NCBI GenBank assembly: GCA_030525085.1
Contig: JAUNFK010000004.1
Location: 1 to 50,058 of the forward strand
Length of the DNA stretch: 50,058 bases
From: a bacterium
GTDB taxonomy: Bacteria > Bacillota_I > Bacilli_A > RF39 > UBA660
Direction: 5' to 3'
In this document: in pieces, positions 18,765 to 27,281 of the stretch
How positions within the stretch are numbered: position 1 is the stretch's first letter
Layout: every line of letters begins with the position of its first letter
Notes under the pieces: generated by a model
Told to the model about the DNA's origin: nothing
The model's database searches: none
Seen by the model: the letters and a program-made list of their open reading frames with translations, nothing else
Position numbers and translations under genes: made by a program

Positions 18765-20074
18765 TCTTTATCACCTTTATTTGTAAATTTAAGAATTATT
18801 GGTGTTCCAGTTAAATCGATGTTGTTTCTTATTTGATTTTCTAGGTACCTTTCGTAGCTAAAGTGAAGTAATCCTTTATTGTTAACTTGAAATTCAAATT
18901 TTGGAGGTCTTGTATCACACTGATTAACAAAGTATATTTTAAGGCGTTTGCCTTTGTAACTTGGTGGTTCGTGCATAGCTACTGCTTCTCTGATAATATC
19001 ATTTAATACGCTTGTTTTGATTTCTTTTGTAGCACTTTCATAAGCTTTAATGATTTCAGGCATCAATGTATGAATTCTTGATTTTGTTTTTGCAGATAAA
19101 AAGACAATATTAACGTATGGGATAAACTGAAAGTTAGCTCTGATATTGGCAATCCATTTTTTCGTTGCTTCGTCTTTATTTTCAATAACATCCCATTTAT
19201 TTACAACGATTACCATAGCTTTACCAGCATCTAATGCGTATGATGCGATGTGTTTGTCGTGCTCAATAATTCCTTCTTCAGCATTGATTACTAAAACGCA
19301 TACGTCAGATCTGTCGATTGCTTTCATGCTTCTTATAAGGCTGTATTTTTCAATATTTTCATATATACGTCCTTTTTTACGCATACCAGCTGTGTCAATA
19401 ACGATATAATCTTTCTTTTCATATGTGAATTTAGTATCGATAGCATCTCTTGTTGTTCCAGCTATATTTGATACGATTGCTCTTTCTTCATTTAAAATGG
19501 CATTTATAAGTGAGCTTTTTCCTACATTAGGTCTACCAATGATTGAAAATTTTAAAGTGGCATCTTCTTCTTCAGTTGTGTAGTCAGGAAAATCTTTAGT
19601 AATTTCATCTAATAAAGCAGTTATTCCTTTGTTATGTTCTGCACTGATTGGCATATATGTATCAAATCCCAATTCAAAGAAGTTGTACATTAGATTGTTT
19701 TGATGAGTTTCGTCTAGTTTATTTATTGCAACTATAACTTTTTTATTTGATCTTTTTAAATTTTCACTAATTAATAGGTCGTTACTTGTTAAGTCAGTTT
19801 TTCCATCAATTACAAAAACAATAACGTCACTTTCGTCGATTGCTAATTCGGCTTGCATTTTAATATTGTGATTAAAATCTTCTTTTGCTAAATCTATTCC
19901 ACCTGTATCAATTAATTGGAAACTTTTACTTTTGTAGTTAACAATACCATAGATACGATCTCTAGTTACTCCTGGAGCGTCATCGATAATAGATTTTTTT
20001 TCATTTATAAGACGATTAAATAAAGTAGACTTTCCTGTATTTGGTCTACCTATTAAACATACGGTTTTTCTCAT
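18761..20074 (-). CDS. der: Ribosome biogenesis GTPase Der (EngA)
   Basis: Two G domains (GRPNTGKS; GRPNVGKSS), DTGG/DTAG, NKLD/NKWD; start at ATG 20074 behind AGAGGTG. Confidence 0.98.
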   Translation of the reverse strand: MRKTVCLIGRPNTGKSTLFNRLINEKKSIIDDAPGVTRDRIYGIVNYKSKSFQLIDTGGIDLAKEDFNHNIKMQAELAIDESDVIVFVIDGKTDLTSNDLLISENLKRSNKKVIVAINKLDETHQNNLMYNFFELGFDTYMPISAEHNKGITALLDEITKDFPDYTTEEEDATLKFSIIGRPNVGKSSLINAILNEERAIVSNIAGTTRDAIDTKFTYEKKDYIVIDTAGMRKKGRIYENIEKYSLIRSMKAIDRSDVCVLVINAEEGIIEHDKHIASYALDAGKAMVIVVNKWDVIENKDEATKKWIANIRANFQFIPYVNIVFLSAKTKSRIHTLMPEIIKAYESATKEIKTSVLNDIIREAVAMHEPPSYKGKRLKIYFVNQCDTRPPKFEFQVNNKGLLHFSYERYLENQIRNNIDLTGTPIILKFTNKGDKE

Positions 20075-20124
20075 AATAAACACCTCTTTTTTTCTTTACT
20101 ATTTTATCATAAAAGTGCAAAAAT

Positions 20125-20150
20125 AAAAACCCATAGATTAGGGCTTTTTT
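20125..20150 (-). terminator. Intrinsic terminator after the pilin gene
   Basis: AAAAGCCC-TAATCTAT-GGGTTTTT on the minus strand. Confidence 0.65.
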
Positions 20151-20151
20151 C

Positions 20152-20589
20152 TTAATTTTCACCAATTAATGATGGATCTTCTAGTTTGCTAGTTACTTTT
20201 CCTGTATTTTTAGAATATGAAATAAGAATTACTTCATCATTTAAGTTAGCTTTTTTCTTTGTTGGATCAGTAATTAGATTGTTTTCTTCATCATCATATT
20301 TTATATAACCTGCTTGGGCTAAGTCATTAAATGTTAGGGAACATGTAATGTCATCTTCACCAGTACAGTTTTTTAATGGGCCTTTATTTGAAGTTAGAAA
20401 GTAATTTAAGTTATCTTGTCCCCAGATTACAGCTTCATCAACAATAAGGTTAACTTTTGTTTTTAAAATTGCTTCTTTTGCGGTAGCGCTATTTTTAGTA
20501 ATTGCTGGTATTGCGATAATCATAACTAAACTAAGAACTACGATTACTGCTAGTAATTCAACTAGTGTAAAACCTTTTTTATTCTTCAT
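20152..20589 (-). CDS. Type IV pilin / prepilin-type N-terminal cleavage-methylation protein
   Basis: MKNKKG|FTLVELLAVIVVL class III signal peptide with Glu+5; two Cys in the globular part. Confidence 0.92.
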   Translation of the reverse strand: MKNKKGFTLVELLAVIVVLSLVMIIAIPAITKNSATAKEAILKTKVNLIVDEAVIWGQDNLNYFLTSNKGPLKNCTGEDDITCSLTFNDLAQAGYIKYDDEENNLITDPTKKKANLNDEVILISYSKNTGKVTSKLEDPSLIGEN

Positions 20590-21169
20590 CTAGGGCCTCT
20601 TTAATAATGTTTAGAACTTCGTCTCTACCCTTTTTAGTAACTGAAGAGAATGCTACAACTTTATCTTCTTCAGTTAGATTAAGAGTGCTTGCAATATTTT
20701 TGATATTTTTATCTCTGTCTTTAGCTTTTAATTTATCGTATTTTGTTGCTACTATTGTTGTTTTAATATTAAAGTATTTTAGATAATTATACATTAAAAC
20801 ATCGTTTTCTGTTGGCTTGATTCTACCATCTACTAGCATGAAGACACGAACTAAATTTTCTCTTGTCTTTAGATATTCTTCAATCATAAGGCCAAACTTT
20901 TTTTGAGTAACTTTATCTCTTTGAGCATAGCCATATCCTGGCACATCTACAAGATAAAATTCGTCGTTACATATATAAAAGTTAAGCGTTTGGGTTTTTC
21001 CTGGCGTACTACTTGTTTTGGCATAGTTTTTGCGGCCTAATAAGGTATTGATAAAACTACTTTTTCCAACGTTACTACGACCTACAAGTAAGAACTCTTT
21101 TTTGCCATCGTCTGGATACTGACTAGTTCTAACAGCAATTACATTTAAATTTGAATTTTCTATTTTCAT
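20579..21169 (-). CDS. engB: Ribosome biogenesis GTP-binding protein EngB (YihA/YsxC)
   Basis: GRSNVGKSS, STPGKTQTLNF, DVPGYGYA, TKYDK. Confidence 0.97.
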   Translation of the reverse strand: MKIENSNLNVIAVRTSQYPDDGKKEFLLVGRSNVGKSSFINTLLGRKNYAKTSSTPGKTQTLNFYICNDEFYLVDVPGYGYAQRDKVTQKKFGLMIEEYLKTRENLVRVFMLVDGRIKPTENDVLMYNYLKYFNIKTTIVATKYDKLKAKDRDKNIKNIASTLNLTEEDKVVAFSSVTKKGRDEVLNIIKEALDEE

Positions 21170-21290
21170 ATATAAGCTCCTTTAAAATATTTGCATCTTT
21201 ATTATATAAAATAGTGTAAAAAAATGCAAATTATATGAGTATTTATAGAAATTGTCAAATTTTTTAAGTATAATTGTATTGGTGGTTATA

Positions 21291-21857
21291 ATGCTCTATC
21301 CAGGGAAAGCCAAGAAGGCTTATCAAAAACCAGTAAATTACGCTAGGCGTGGTATGGATTTAGAAAATCTTATAAATGAAGCTAATAGATATTATTTAGA
21401 TAATGATATGGCGGTTATTTATAAGAAGCCTACTCCCGTAGAAATTAAAAAGGTTACTTATAAGGGTAAAACAGAGTATATTGAAGGCGTGCTTAGAGAA
21501 AAGTCAACTCTTGATTATACAGGCGTTTATAAAGGTTATTATTTAGATTTTGATGCAAAGAGTTCTAAAAGTAAGACGAGCTTTCCACTAGCAAATATTC
21601 ACAAACATCAATTTTTACATATTGAAAGAGTCTTGAGACATAACGGAATTAGTTTTCTGATTTTGCAAATGAATGATAGATTTTTTATTTTAGAAGGAAA
21701 TGTTTTAATGAATTTTGTAAATAATAATGAAAGGAAAAGTATTCCATTTGAATTTATAGAAAGTAACTGTTTAGAGATTAAACCTAAGTTTAGCCCTACC
21801 CTAGATTATTTAAATGTATTAGATAAACTTATTAGCAAAAAGGAGGAAATTTTATGA
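21291..21857 (+). CDS. recU: Holliday junction resolvase RecU
   Basis: YARRGMDLE, KKPTP, STLDYTGVYKG..LDFDAK, FPLANIHKHQ; upstream of ponA; start likely ATG 21291. Confidence 0.95.
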   Translation: MLYPGKAKKAYQKPVNYARRGMDLENLINEANRYYLDNDMAVIYKKPTPVEIKKVTYKGKTEYIEGVLREKSTLDYTGVYKGYYLDFDAKSSKSKTSFPLANIHKHQFLHIERVLRHNGISFLILQMNDRFFILEGNVLMNFVNNNERKSIPFEFIESNCLEIKPKFSPTLDYLNVLDKLISKKEEIL

Positions 21858-24619
21858 AAAAGATTAAACTTAAAAAAAGAGTTAATAAGGCAAAAAAAGA
21901 AAATAAAACAACTAGTCAGTTTAAGAAAAGCTGGCAGAAAGGAAATGTGTTTGAAAAGATACTTATAGTTATTATGCTTCTACTTGTTGGTGGATTTGCT
22001 TGTGGACTTGCATTTTTTACTTATGTAGTTATTGCAGCACCAAAGTTTGATCCTCAAAGTTTATATACTAAAGAAGCATCCATCCTTTTTGATAGTAAGG
22101 GTGATGAACTTGCAAGACTTGGTACTGAAAATAGACAAAAAGTCACTTATGATGAACTTCCTGAGGTATTTATTGATGCTTTGGTTGCGACTGAAGACTC
22201 AAGATATTTTCAACATAGTGGCGTAGATATGGCAAGATTTTTAAAAGCAACTATTGGTCAGGTATTTGGTCAAAGTGGTGCCGGTGGAGCTTCTACTTTA
22301 ACAATGCAAGTTGCTAAGCAAAGACTTACAAATAGTGAAGCTTCTGGTATTAAAGGTATTATTCGTAAGTTTACTGATGTTTACCTATCAGTATTCGTAT
22401 TAGAAAAAAAATACTCTAAGGAACAATTAATTGAGTTTTATGTAAATATTCCTTATTTAGGTAGTGGCTCTTATGGTATAGAGCAAGCTAGTCAAGTGTA
22501 TTTTGGTAAGAGTGCTAGTGAGTTATCTTTACCAGAAGCTGCTACAATAGCTGGTTTATTCCAAGCTCCAGTTGCTTATGACCCATTTGATTATCCTGAA
22601 AAAGCTGAAGCTAGAAGAAATCAAGTGCTTAACTTAATGAAAAGACATGGTTATATTAGTGATGAAGAATGTGAGATAGCAAAATCTATTCCACTTAAGA
22701 GTTTACTTGTAGAAAGTGAAAGCACAACTAATCAATATCAGGGATTTATTGATACTGTTGTTGAAGAAGTAATTGATAGAACTGGAAAGAATCCTTATGA
22801 AACACCAATGTCTATTAAGACGACAATGGTTAAAGAAAAACAAGATGCTATTAATGATATATATAATGGTACAACTTATAAATGGAAAAATGATACTATA
22901 CAAGCTGGTATTGCAGTAGTTGATAATGACAATGGTTCACTAATTGCTGTTGGTGCCGGAAGAAATAGAAAAAGATTAAGAGAATATAATTATGCAACTA
23001 TGATTAAAAGACATCCTGGTTCAACTGCTAAACCTATATTTGATTACGGTCCTGCTATAGAATATTTGAATTGGTCAACTGGTAAGATGATTATTGATGA
23101 TCAGTATACTTATTCTGGTGGCGGTTATTTAAAGAACTGGGATAATCAATATAAAGGTATTATGACAATTGATACCGCTTTAGGTTCATCAAGAAATATT
23201 CCTGCTTTGCAAGCATTCCAAGCTTTAACGCAAACACAAATTAAGACATTTGTTACAAATTTAGGCATTACTCCTGAATATGAAAACGGATATATAAATG
23301 AAGCTCATAGTATTGGTGGATTTAGTGGTACTAATCCATTAGAAATGGCTGCTGCTTATGCTACATTTGCTAGAGGTGGCGTTTATATTGAGCCTTATTC
23401 ATTTACTAGTGCTGAATTCTTAGATACTGGTGAAGTTTATACTGTTACTCCTGAAAAACGTACAGTAATGAGTGAAGCTACTGCTTACATGATTAATATG
23501 ATTTTAAAAAATGCAGTTGTAAATAATTACGTTTCTGCAGGCTCTAAATCTGGAACAGATATTGCAAGTAAAACTGGTACATCAACAGTAGATGCTAATT
23601 ACTTAAAGAGTCAAGGAATTACTGGTAATGTTGTTGGTGATTCATGGCAGATGGTTTACTCTCCTGATTATACTATTGGATTATGGATTGGTTATAAAGA
23701 AACAACAAAAGAAACTTACTTATTGAATGCTGATGCAGGTGCGATTAAAAAACCATTAGTAAAACAATTAATTAAAGATATATTTGAAACTAATTCTAGA
23801 TGGAGTCAACCCTCTAGTGTTGTTACTGCTGAAGTAGAACTTGGAACTGAGCCACTTGCTCTTGCTAGTGCTGCTACTCCTTCTAATTTAAGAACTACTG
23901 CATATTTTAAAAAAGGTACTGTTCCTAGTGAAGAATCTTATCGTTTTAGTCAGTTAGATAATCCTACTAATTTAAAAGCAAATTATGCACTTGGTGTTGT
24001 TGAACTTTCTTGGGACGATATTGCTACTCCTAAAGCTATTGATGAATCATTCTTAAAGAGTTATTTTGATGAAGGATATAAACCTTGGAGCGAAAAATAT
24101 TATGAAGAAAGACTTGCTTACAATGCTACATATATTGGAACAAATGGATATCACGTTTATATTACAGTAAATGGTCATACTACTGATTTAGGATTTACTA
24201 CAAATAACAAATTTACTTATACTGGATTGTTAAGCGAAAATGCTACATTTACTGTTAAATCTGCTTATTCTAAATTTAAAAATAATATGAGTAGTGGCAC
24301 ATCTGTGACAGTTAATCTTGGAGGAAGTACAAATCCTTCTGATGATTTTGATGTAACTTTAAATGGTAGTATTTCAATGACAGTTTCTGCTTATTATAAT
24401 TTAATAAATGAAAATAGATATAAGAGTCCAGTTAAAGTTACAAGTGGCGGTGCTGATGTAACTAGCCAAGCTGTTGTGAAGAATACATGTACCGATAGTA
24501 ATGGTAATGATGTAGACTGCACACAATTAAGTTGCAATGAGTCTTATACAATAATTCATAATGTTACATATAATGGCAAAACAAAAAATAAGACCAGAAC
24601 ATTAACAAGTGGATGTTAA
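21854..24619 (+). CDS. ponA: Class A penicillin-binding protein PBP1A with C-terminal FN3/Ig-like domains
   Basis: Transglycosylase EDSRY, GASTLTMQ, RK; transpeptidase STAK, SRN, KTG; recU-ponA synteny. Confidence 0.95.
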   Translation: MKKIKLKKRVNKAKKENKTTSQFKKSWQKGNVFEKILIVIMLLLVGGFACGLAFFTYVVIAAPKFDPQSLYTKEASILFDSKGDELARLGTENRQKVTYDELPEVFIDALVATEDSRYFQHSGVDMARFLKATIGQVFGQSGAGGASTLTMQVAKQRLTNSEASGIKGIIRKFTDVYLSVFVLEKKYSKEQLIEFYVNIPYLGSGSYGIEQASQVYFGKSASELSLPEAATIAGLFQAPVAYDPFDYPEKAEARRNQVLNLMKRHGYISDEECEIAKSIPLKSLLVESESTTNQYQGFIDTVVEEVIDRTGKNPYETPMSIKTTMVKEKQDAINDIYNGTTYKWKNDTIQAGIAVVDNDNGSLIAVGAGRNRKRLREYNYATMIKRHPGSTAKPIFDYGPAIEYLNWSTGKMIIDDQYTYSGGGYLKNWDNQYKGIMTIDTALGSSRNIPALQAFQALTQTQIKTFVTNLGITPEYENGYINEAHSIGGFSGTNPLEMAAAYATFARGGVYIEPYSFTSAEFLDTGEVYTVTPEKRTVMSEATAYMINMILKNAVVNNYVSAGSKSGTDIASKTGTSTVDANYLKSQGITGNVVGDSWQMVYSPDYTIGLWIGYKETTKETYLLNADAGAIKKPLVKQLIKDIFETNSRWSQPSSVVTAEVELGTEPLALASAATPSNLRTTAYFKKGTVPSEESYRFSQLDNPTNLKANYALGVVELSWDDIATPKAIDESFLKSYFDEGYKPWSEKYYEERLAYNATYIGTNGYHVYITVNGHTTDLGFTTNNKFTYTGLLSENATFTVKSAYSKFKNNMSSGTSVTVNLGGSTNPSDDFDVTLNGSISMTVSAYYNLINENRYKSPVKVTSGGADVTSQAVVKNTCTDSNGNDVDCTQLSCNESYTIIHNVTYNGKTKNKTRTLTSGC

Positions 24620-24647
24620 AAAAGAACTAATTAATTTAGTTCTTTTT
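24619..24647. terminator. Bidirectional intrinsic terminator between ponA and nth
   Basis: AAAAAGAACTAA-TTAAT-TTAGTTCTTTTT perfect 12-bp stem between convergent genes. Confidence 0.85.
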
Positions 24648-25242
24648 ATATTATATCTTTGAATAAACAATTATCACATTTAGGATTTATCGCAGTGCAG
24701 TAATATCTACCAAAAAGAAGTATTTGCTCACTTACCCTATTCCATTTATTGATTGGTATTTCTTCTTTTAAAATGGCTTCTATTTTTTGCGGTGAGCTTT
24801 CTGCAGGCGCTATTCCTAGTCTCATTGTTACTCTTTGAACATGGGTATCAACAGGAATCGCCGGTTCATTATAAATATTTTTTAAAACAACACTACAGGT
24901 TTTAGGCCCTACTCCTGGAAAAGATTCTAATACTTCTCTACTATTTGGTACTTTGCCATCATATTCATTTAAAAGAATAGTTGCTATTTTTTGAATATAA
25001 ACGGCTTTTTTACTGTAAGAACCACAACTCTTAATTATAGTCTCTATTTGTTTAATATCCATTTGAGAAATTTCTTTTAAAGAATATTTAAATAGTGTCT
25101 TAGTAACTTCATTAACTCTTTTATCTGTACACTGAGCACTTAAAACAGTTGCAATTAAAAGTTCATAATCTTTGCTATAGTTTAATTCACACTTTGGATT
25201 TGGTATATAATAATCTAAATATTTATAAAAATTATTCGTCAT
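24646..25242 (-). CDS. nth: Endonuclease III
   Basis: LSAQCTD, HhH motif LESFPGVGPKT, PVDTHV, Fe-S loop with three Cys; dnaD-nth synteny. Confidence 0.93.
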   Translation of the reverse strand: MTNNFYKYLDYYIPNPKCELNYSKDYELLIATVLSAQCTDKRVNEVTKTLFKYSLKEISQMDIKQIETIIKSCGSYSKKAVYIQKIATILLNEYDGKVPNSREVLESFPGVGPKTCSVVLKNIYNEPAIPVDTHVQRVTMRLGIAPAESSPQKIEAILKEEIPINKWNRVSEQILLFGRYYCTAINPKCDNCLFKDII

Positions 25243-25873
25243 CTTCTAACCAGTTATAATCAAACAATTCTTGTTTAGGATTATTTACTTCTTTCTTCTT
25301 TAGGTATGAATTAACATCTTCTACAGATTTAAAGCCTTTCTTTTCCCATTCAGATAATATTTTATCAATATATCTTAGATTTCTAACGTTATTAAAAACC
25401 GCTTCTTTTAGAGCCCCTAATATAAGGTTTTCATTAATGCCACTTGAAACCCAGGCTTTTATTATTTCATATTCTACTGGACTCAATGGTCTACCAAATT
25501 CTTTTTCGAATGAACTGTATATATTTGTTTCAGTATTCTTTTTAATATTTATATTGATGTCACTTACCATAGCTCGGTATGTATTAGTTATATCGATAGC
25601 CTCGCTTATTTTTCCATCTTCCTTTGTTGTTTTAATAGCGATTAATCCTTTTGACGTTAAGGAAGAAAATGCTGACATAATTTTTTTATTATCTAAATAT
25701 GTTATTAGCGATATCTTTTTTATATCGAAAACAGGCTTTTCTTGGTTCATAAAATATATTAGTAATAGTAAGTCTTCAAGTGTTAAGTTAAAATCATTAA
25801 TTAACTTAAAAAGTAATTTTTTAAAAGTATAATCTTTTTCTTTAATTAAACCTTCTAAAATACTATTACTCAT
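25232..25873 (-). CDS. dnaD: DNA replication/primosome protein DnaD
   Basis: FEKEFGRPLSP.E, EAV.NNVRNLRYIDKILSEW, YNWLE; start likely ATG 25873. Confidence 0.92.
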   Translation of the reverse strand: MSNSILEGLIKEKDYTFKKLLFKLINDFNLTLEDLLLLIYFMNQEKPVFDIKKISLITYLDNKKIMSAFSSLTSKGLIAIKTTKEDGKISEAIDITNTYRAMVSDININIKKNTETNIYSSFEKEFGRPLSPVEYEIIKAWVSSGINENLILGALKEAVFNNVRNLRYIDKILSEWEKKGFKSVEDVNSYLKKKEVNNPKQELFDYNWLEDDE

Positions 25874-25874
25874 T

Positions 25875-26960
25875 TTAATCACTCCAATTTTTTATTATAT
25901 ATTCCTTTAGTTTACGATAATTATTTGGAAGAACATTATTTACAACTTTAAGTAAAACATCATTATATATAACCCTTACTCTGTTAGATGGTGCAATATT
26001 TAAAATTTTAATAATGTCTTCTTGTCTTATTTTAAGATCGTTTTTACTATGAATCTTTAATGAGTTATTAATTTTACATACTTCTTTTTTAGTAATACCG
26101 AGAATTTCTGCACTTACTAAAACAGTATATAGCTCATAATTAAATAACGTTTCATTATTAATAACTTTTTGATCAACAATCTTTCTTATATCATTTATTA
26201 CTTTAAGATTAGCTTTAGTGAATTGATAGTTACTTGAGAAATCAATTTGAGCCCACATTCCAAGCAAATCTTTAATCGGTACTATTTTATCATATTTTAT
26301 ACCAAGTAATTCACAAAAATGATGATTTTTTAAATATTTTAGTCCTTCTTCTGCTTTTTTTGAAACTAGTATTTTTTCTAGTTCTTCTTTTTTTCTTGTA
26401 TAAGATAAACTACTAATTATGTCTCTGTTATTCGCAATAAAATCTTCAATTTCATTATCTAATTTAAAATCTAAAATAATTGAGAATCTTATTGCTCTTA
26501 ATATTCTTAGTGGATCTTCAGTTAATTTAGTTTTCGTATCGCCAATAACCCTTATTATTTTATTATTAACGTCTTCTCTTCCACCTAATAAATCAATAAT
26601 AGTTCCGTCACTATTCATACATAAGGCATTAATAGTAAAATCTCTTCTTTTTATATCATCTATTAAATTATTTACGTATGTTATAGTTTCTGGTTTCCTA
26701 TTTTTATAATTTTCTTCTTTTCTATAAGTAGTTATATCATAATTATATTTTTTAGTAGTTAGTTTTATTGAACCATACATTGGATTTTCTTTTTTGATAT
26801 CAAATATACGCAAAATATCTTTAGGTAAAGCGTTAGTGCATATATCGACATCTGTTGTTGGTTTATGTAATAGAAAATCTCTTACAAAACCACCTACAAT
26901 GTAAGCTTCATAACCATTACTTTCAATTTTTTTAAGGATTTTTTTTATTTCTTTATCCAT
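25875..26960 (-). CDS. cca: CCA-adding tRNA nucleotidyltransferase
   Basis: AYIVGGFVRD, DVDICT, RRDFTINAL, EDPLRILRAIRF. Confidence 0.93.
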   Translation of the reverse strand: MDKEIKKILKKIESNGYEAYIVGGFVRDFLLHKPTTDVDICTNALPKDILRIFDIKKENPMYGSIKLTTKKYNYDITTYRKEENYKNRKPETITYVNNLIDDIKRRDFTINALCMNSDGTIIDLLGGREDVNNKIIRVIGDTKTKLTEDPLRILRAIRFSIILDFKLDNEIEDFIANNRDIISSLSYTRKKEELEKILVSKKAEEGLKYLKNHHFCELLGIKYDKIVPIKDLLGMWAQIDFSSNYQFTKANLKVINDIRKIVDQKVINNETLFNYELYTVLVSAEILGITKKEVCKINNSLKIHSKNDLKIRQEDIIKILNIAPSNRVRVIYNDVLLKVVNNVLPNNYRKLKEYIIKNWSD

Positions 26961-27003
26961 ATAGCACCCAATATAATTATATCAAATTTATATGTATTTG
27001 TAA

Positions 27004-27150
27004 CTAGCAACTTGTCTTTGTTTTAATCATTTTAAATGATGTGCCGATAGATTTTCCGATGTTAAAAATTACATTAATTATTCTTGCTAATGAATTTAAA
27101 AATGTTGTTGAAATTCCACCAGCAATCATGTATAATTCATTATCTTTCAT
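27004..27150 (-). CDS. Double-glycine-leader peptide B (48 aa), class IIb bacteriocin-like; missed by the ORF track
   Basis: MKDNELYMIAGG|ISTTFLNSLARIINVIFNIGKSIGTSFKMIKTKTSC*; ATG overlaps the peptide A stop (TAATG). Confidence 0.85.
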   Translation of the reverse strand: MKDNELYMIAGGISTTFLNSLARIINVIFNIGKSIGTSFKMIKTKTSC

Positions 27151-27281
27151 TAGTTACATTTAGGTCTAAGATAACCATCAAGTACTCCAGCTAGAAAAGC
27201 TCCAAGAGCACCAATAATAAGCCCAATAGTCCATTTTATGGCACCACCTGAAATCATACTTAATTCTTCATTGTTTAGCAT
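27150..27281 (-). CDS. Double-glycine-leader peptide A (43 aa), class IIb bacteriocin-like; missed by the ORF track
   Basis: MLNNEELSMISGG|AIKWTIGLIIGALGAFLAGVLDGYLRPKCN*; AAGGAG SD; start overlaps the exporter's last codons. Confidence 0.88.
   Translation of the reverse strand: MLNNEELSMISGGAIKWTIGLIIGALGAFLAGVLDGYLRPKCN

Noticed and set aside
21291-21857. RecU motif DFDAK instead of DFEAK
   Set aside because: A conservative change allowed by the PD-(D/E)xK consensus.
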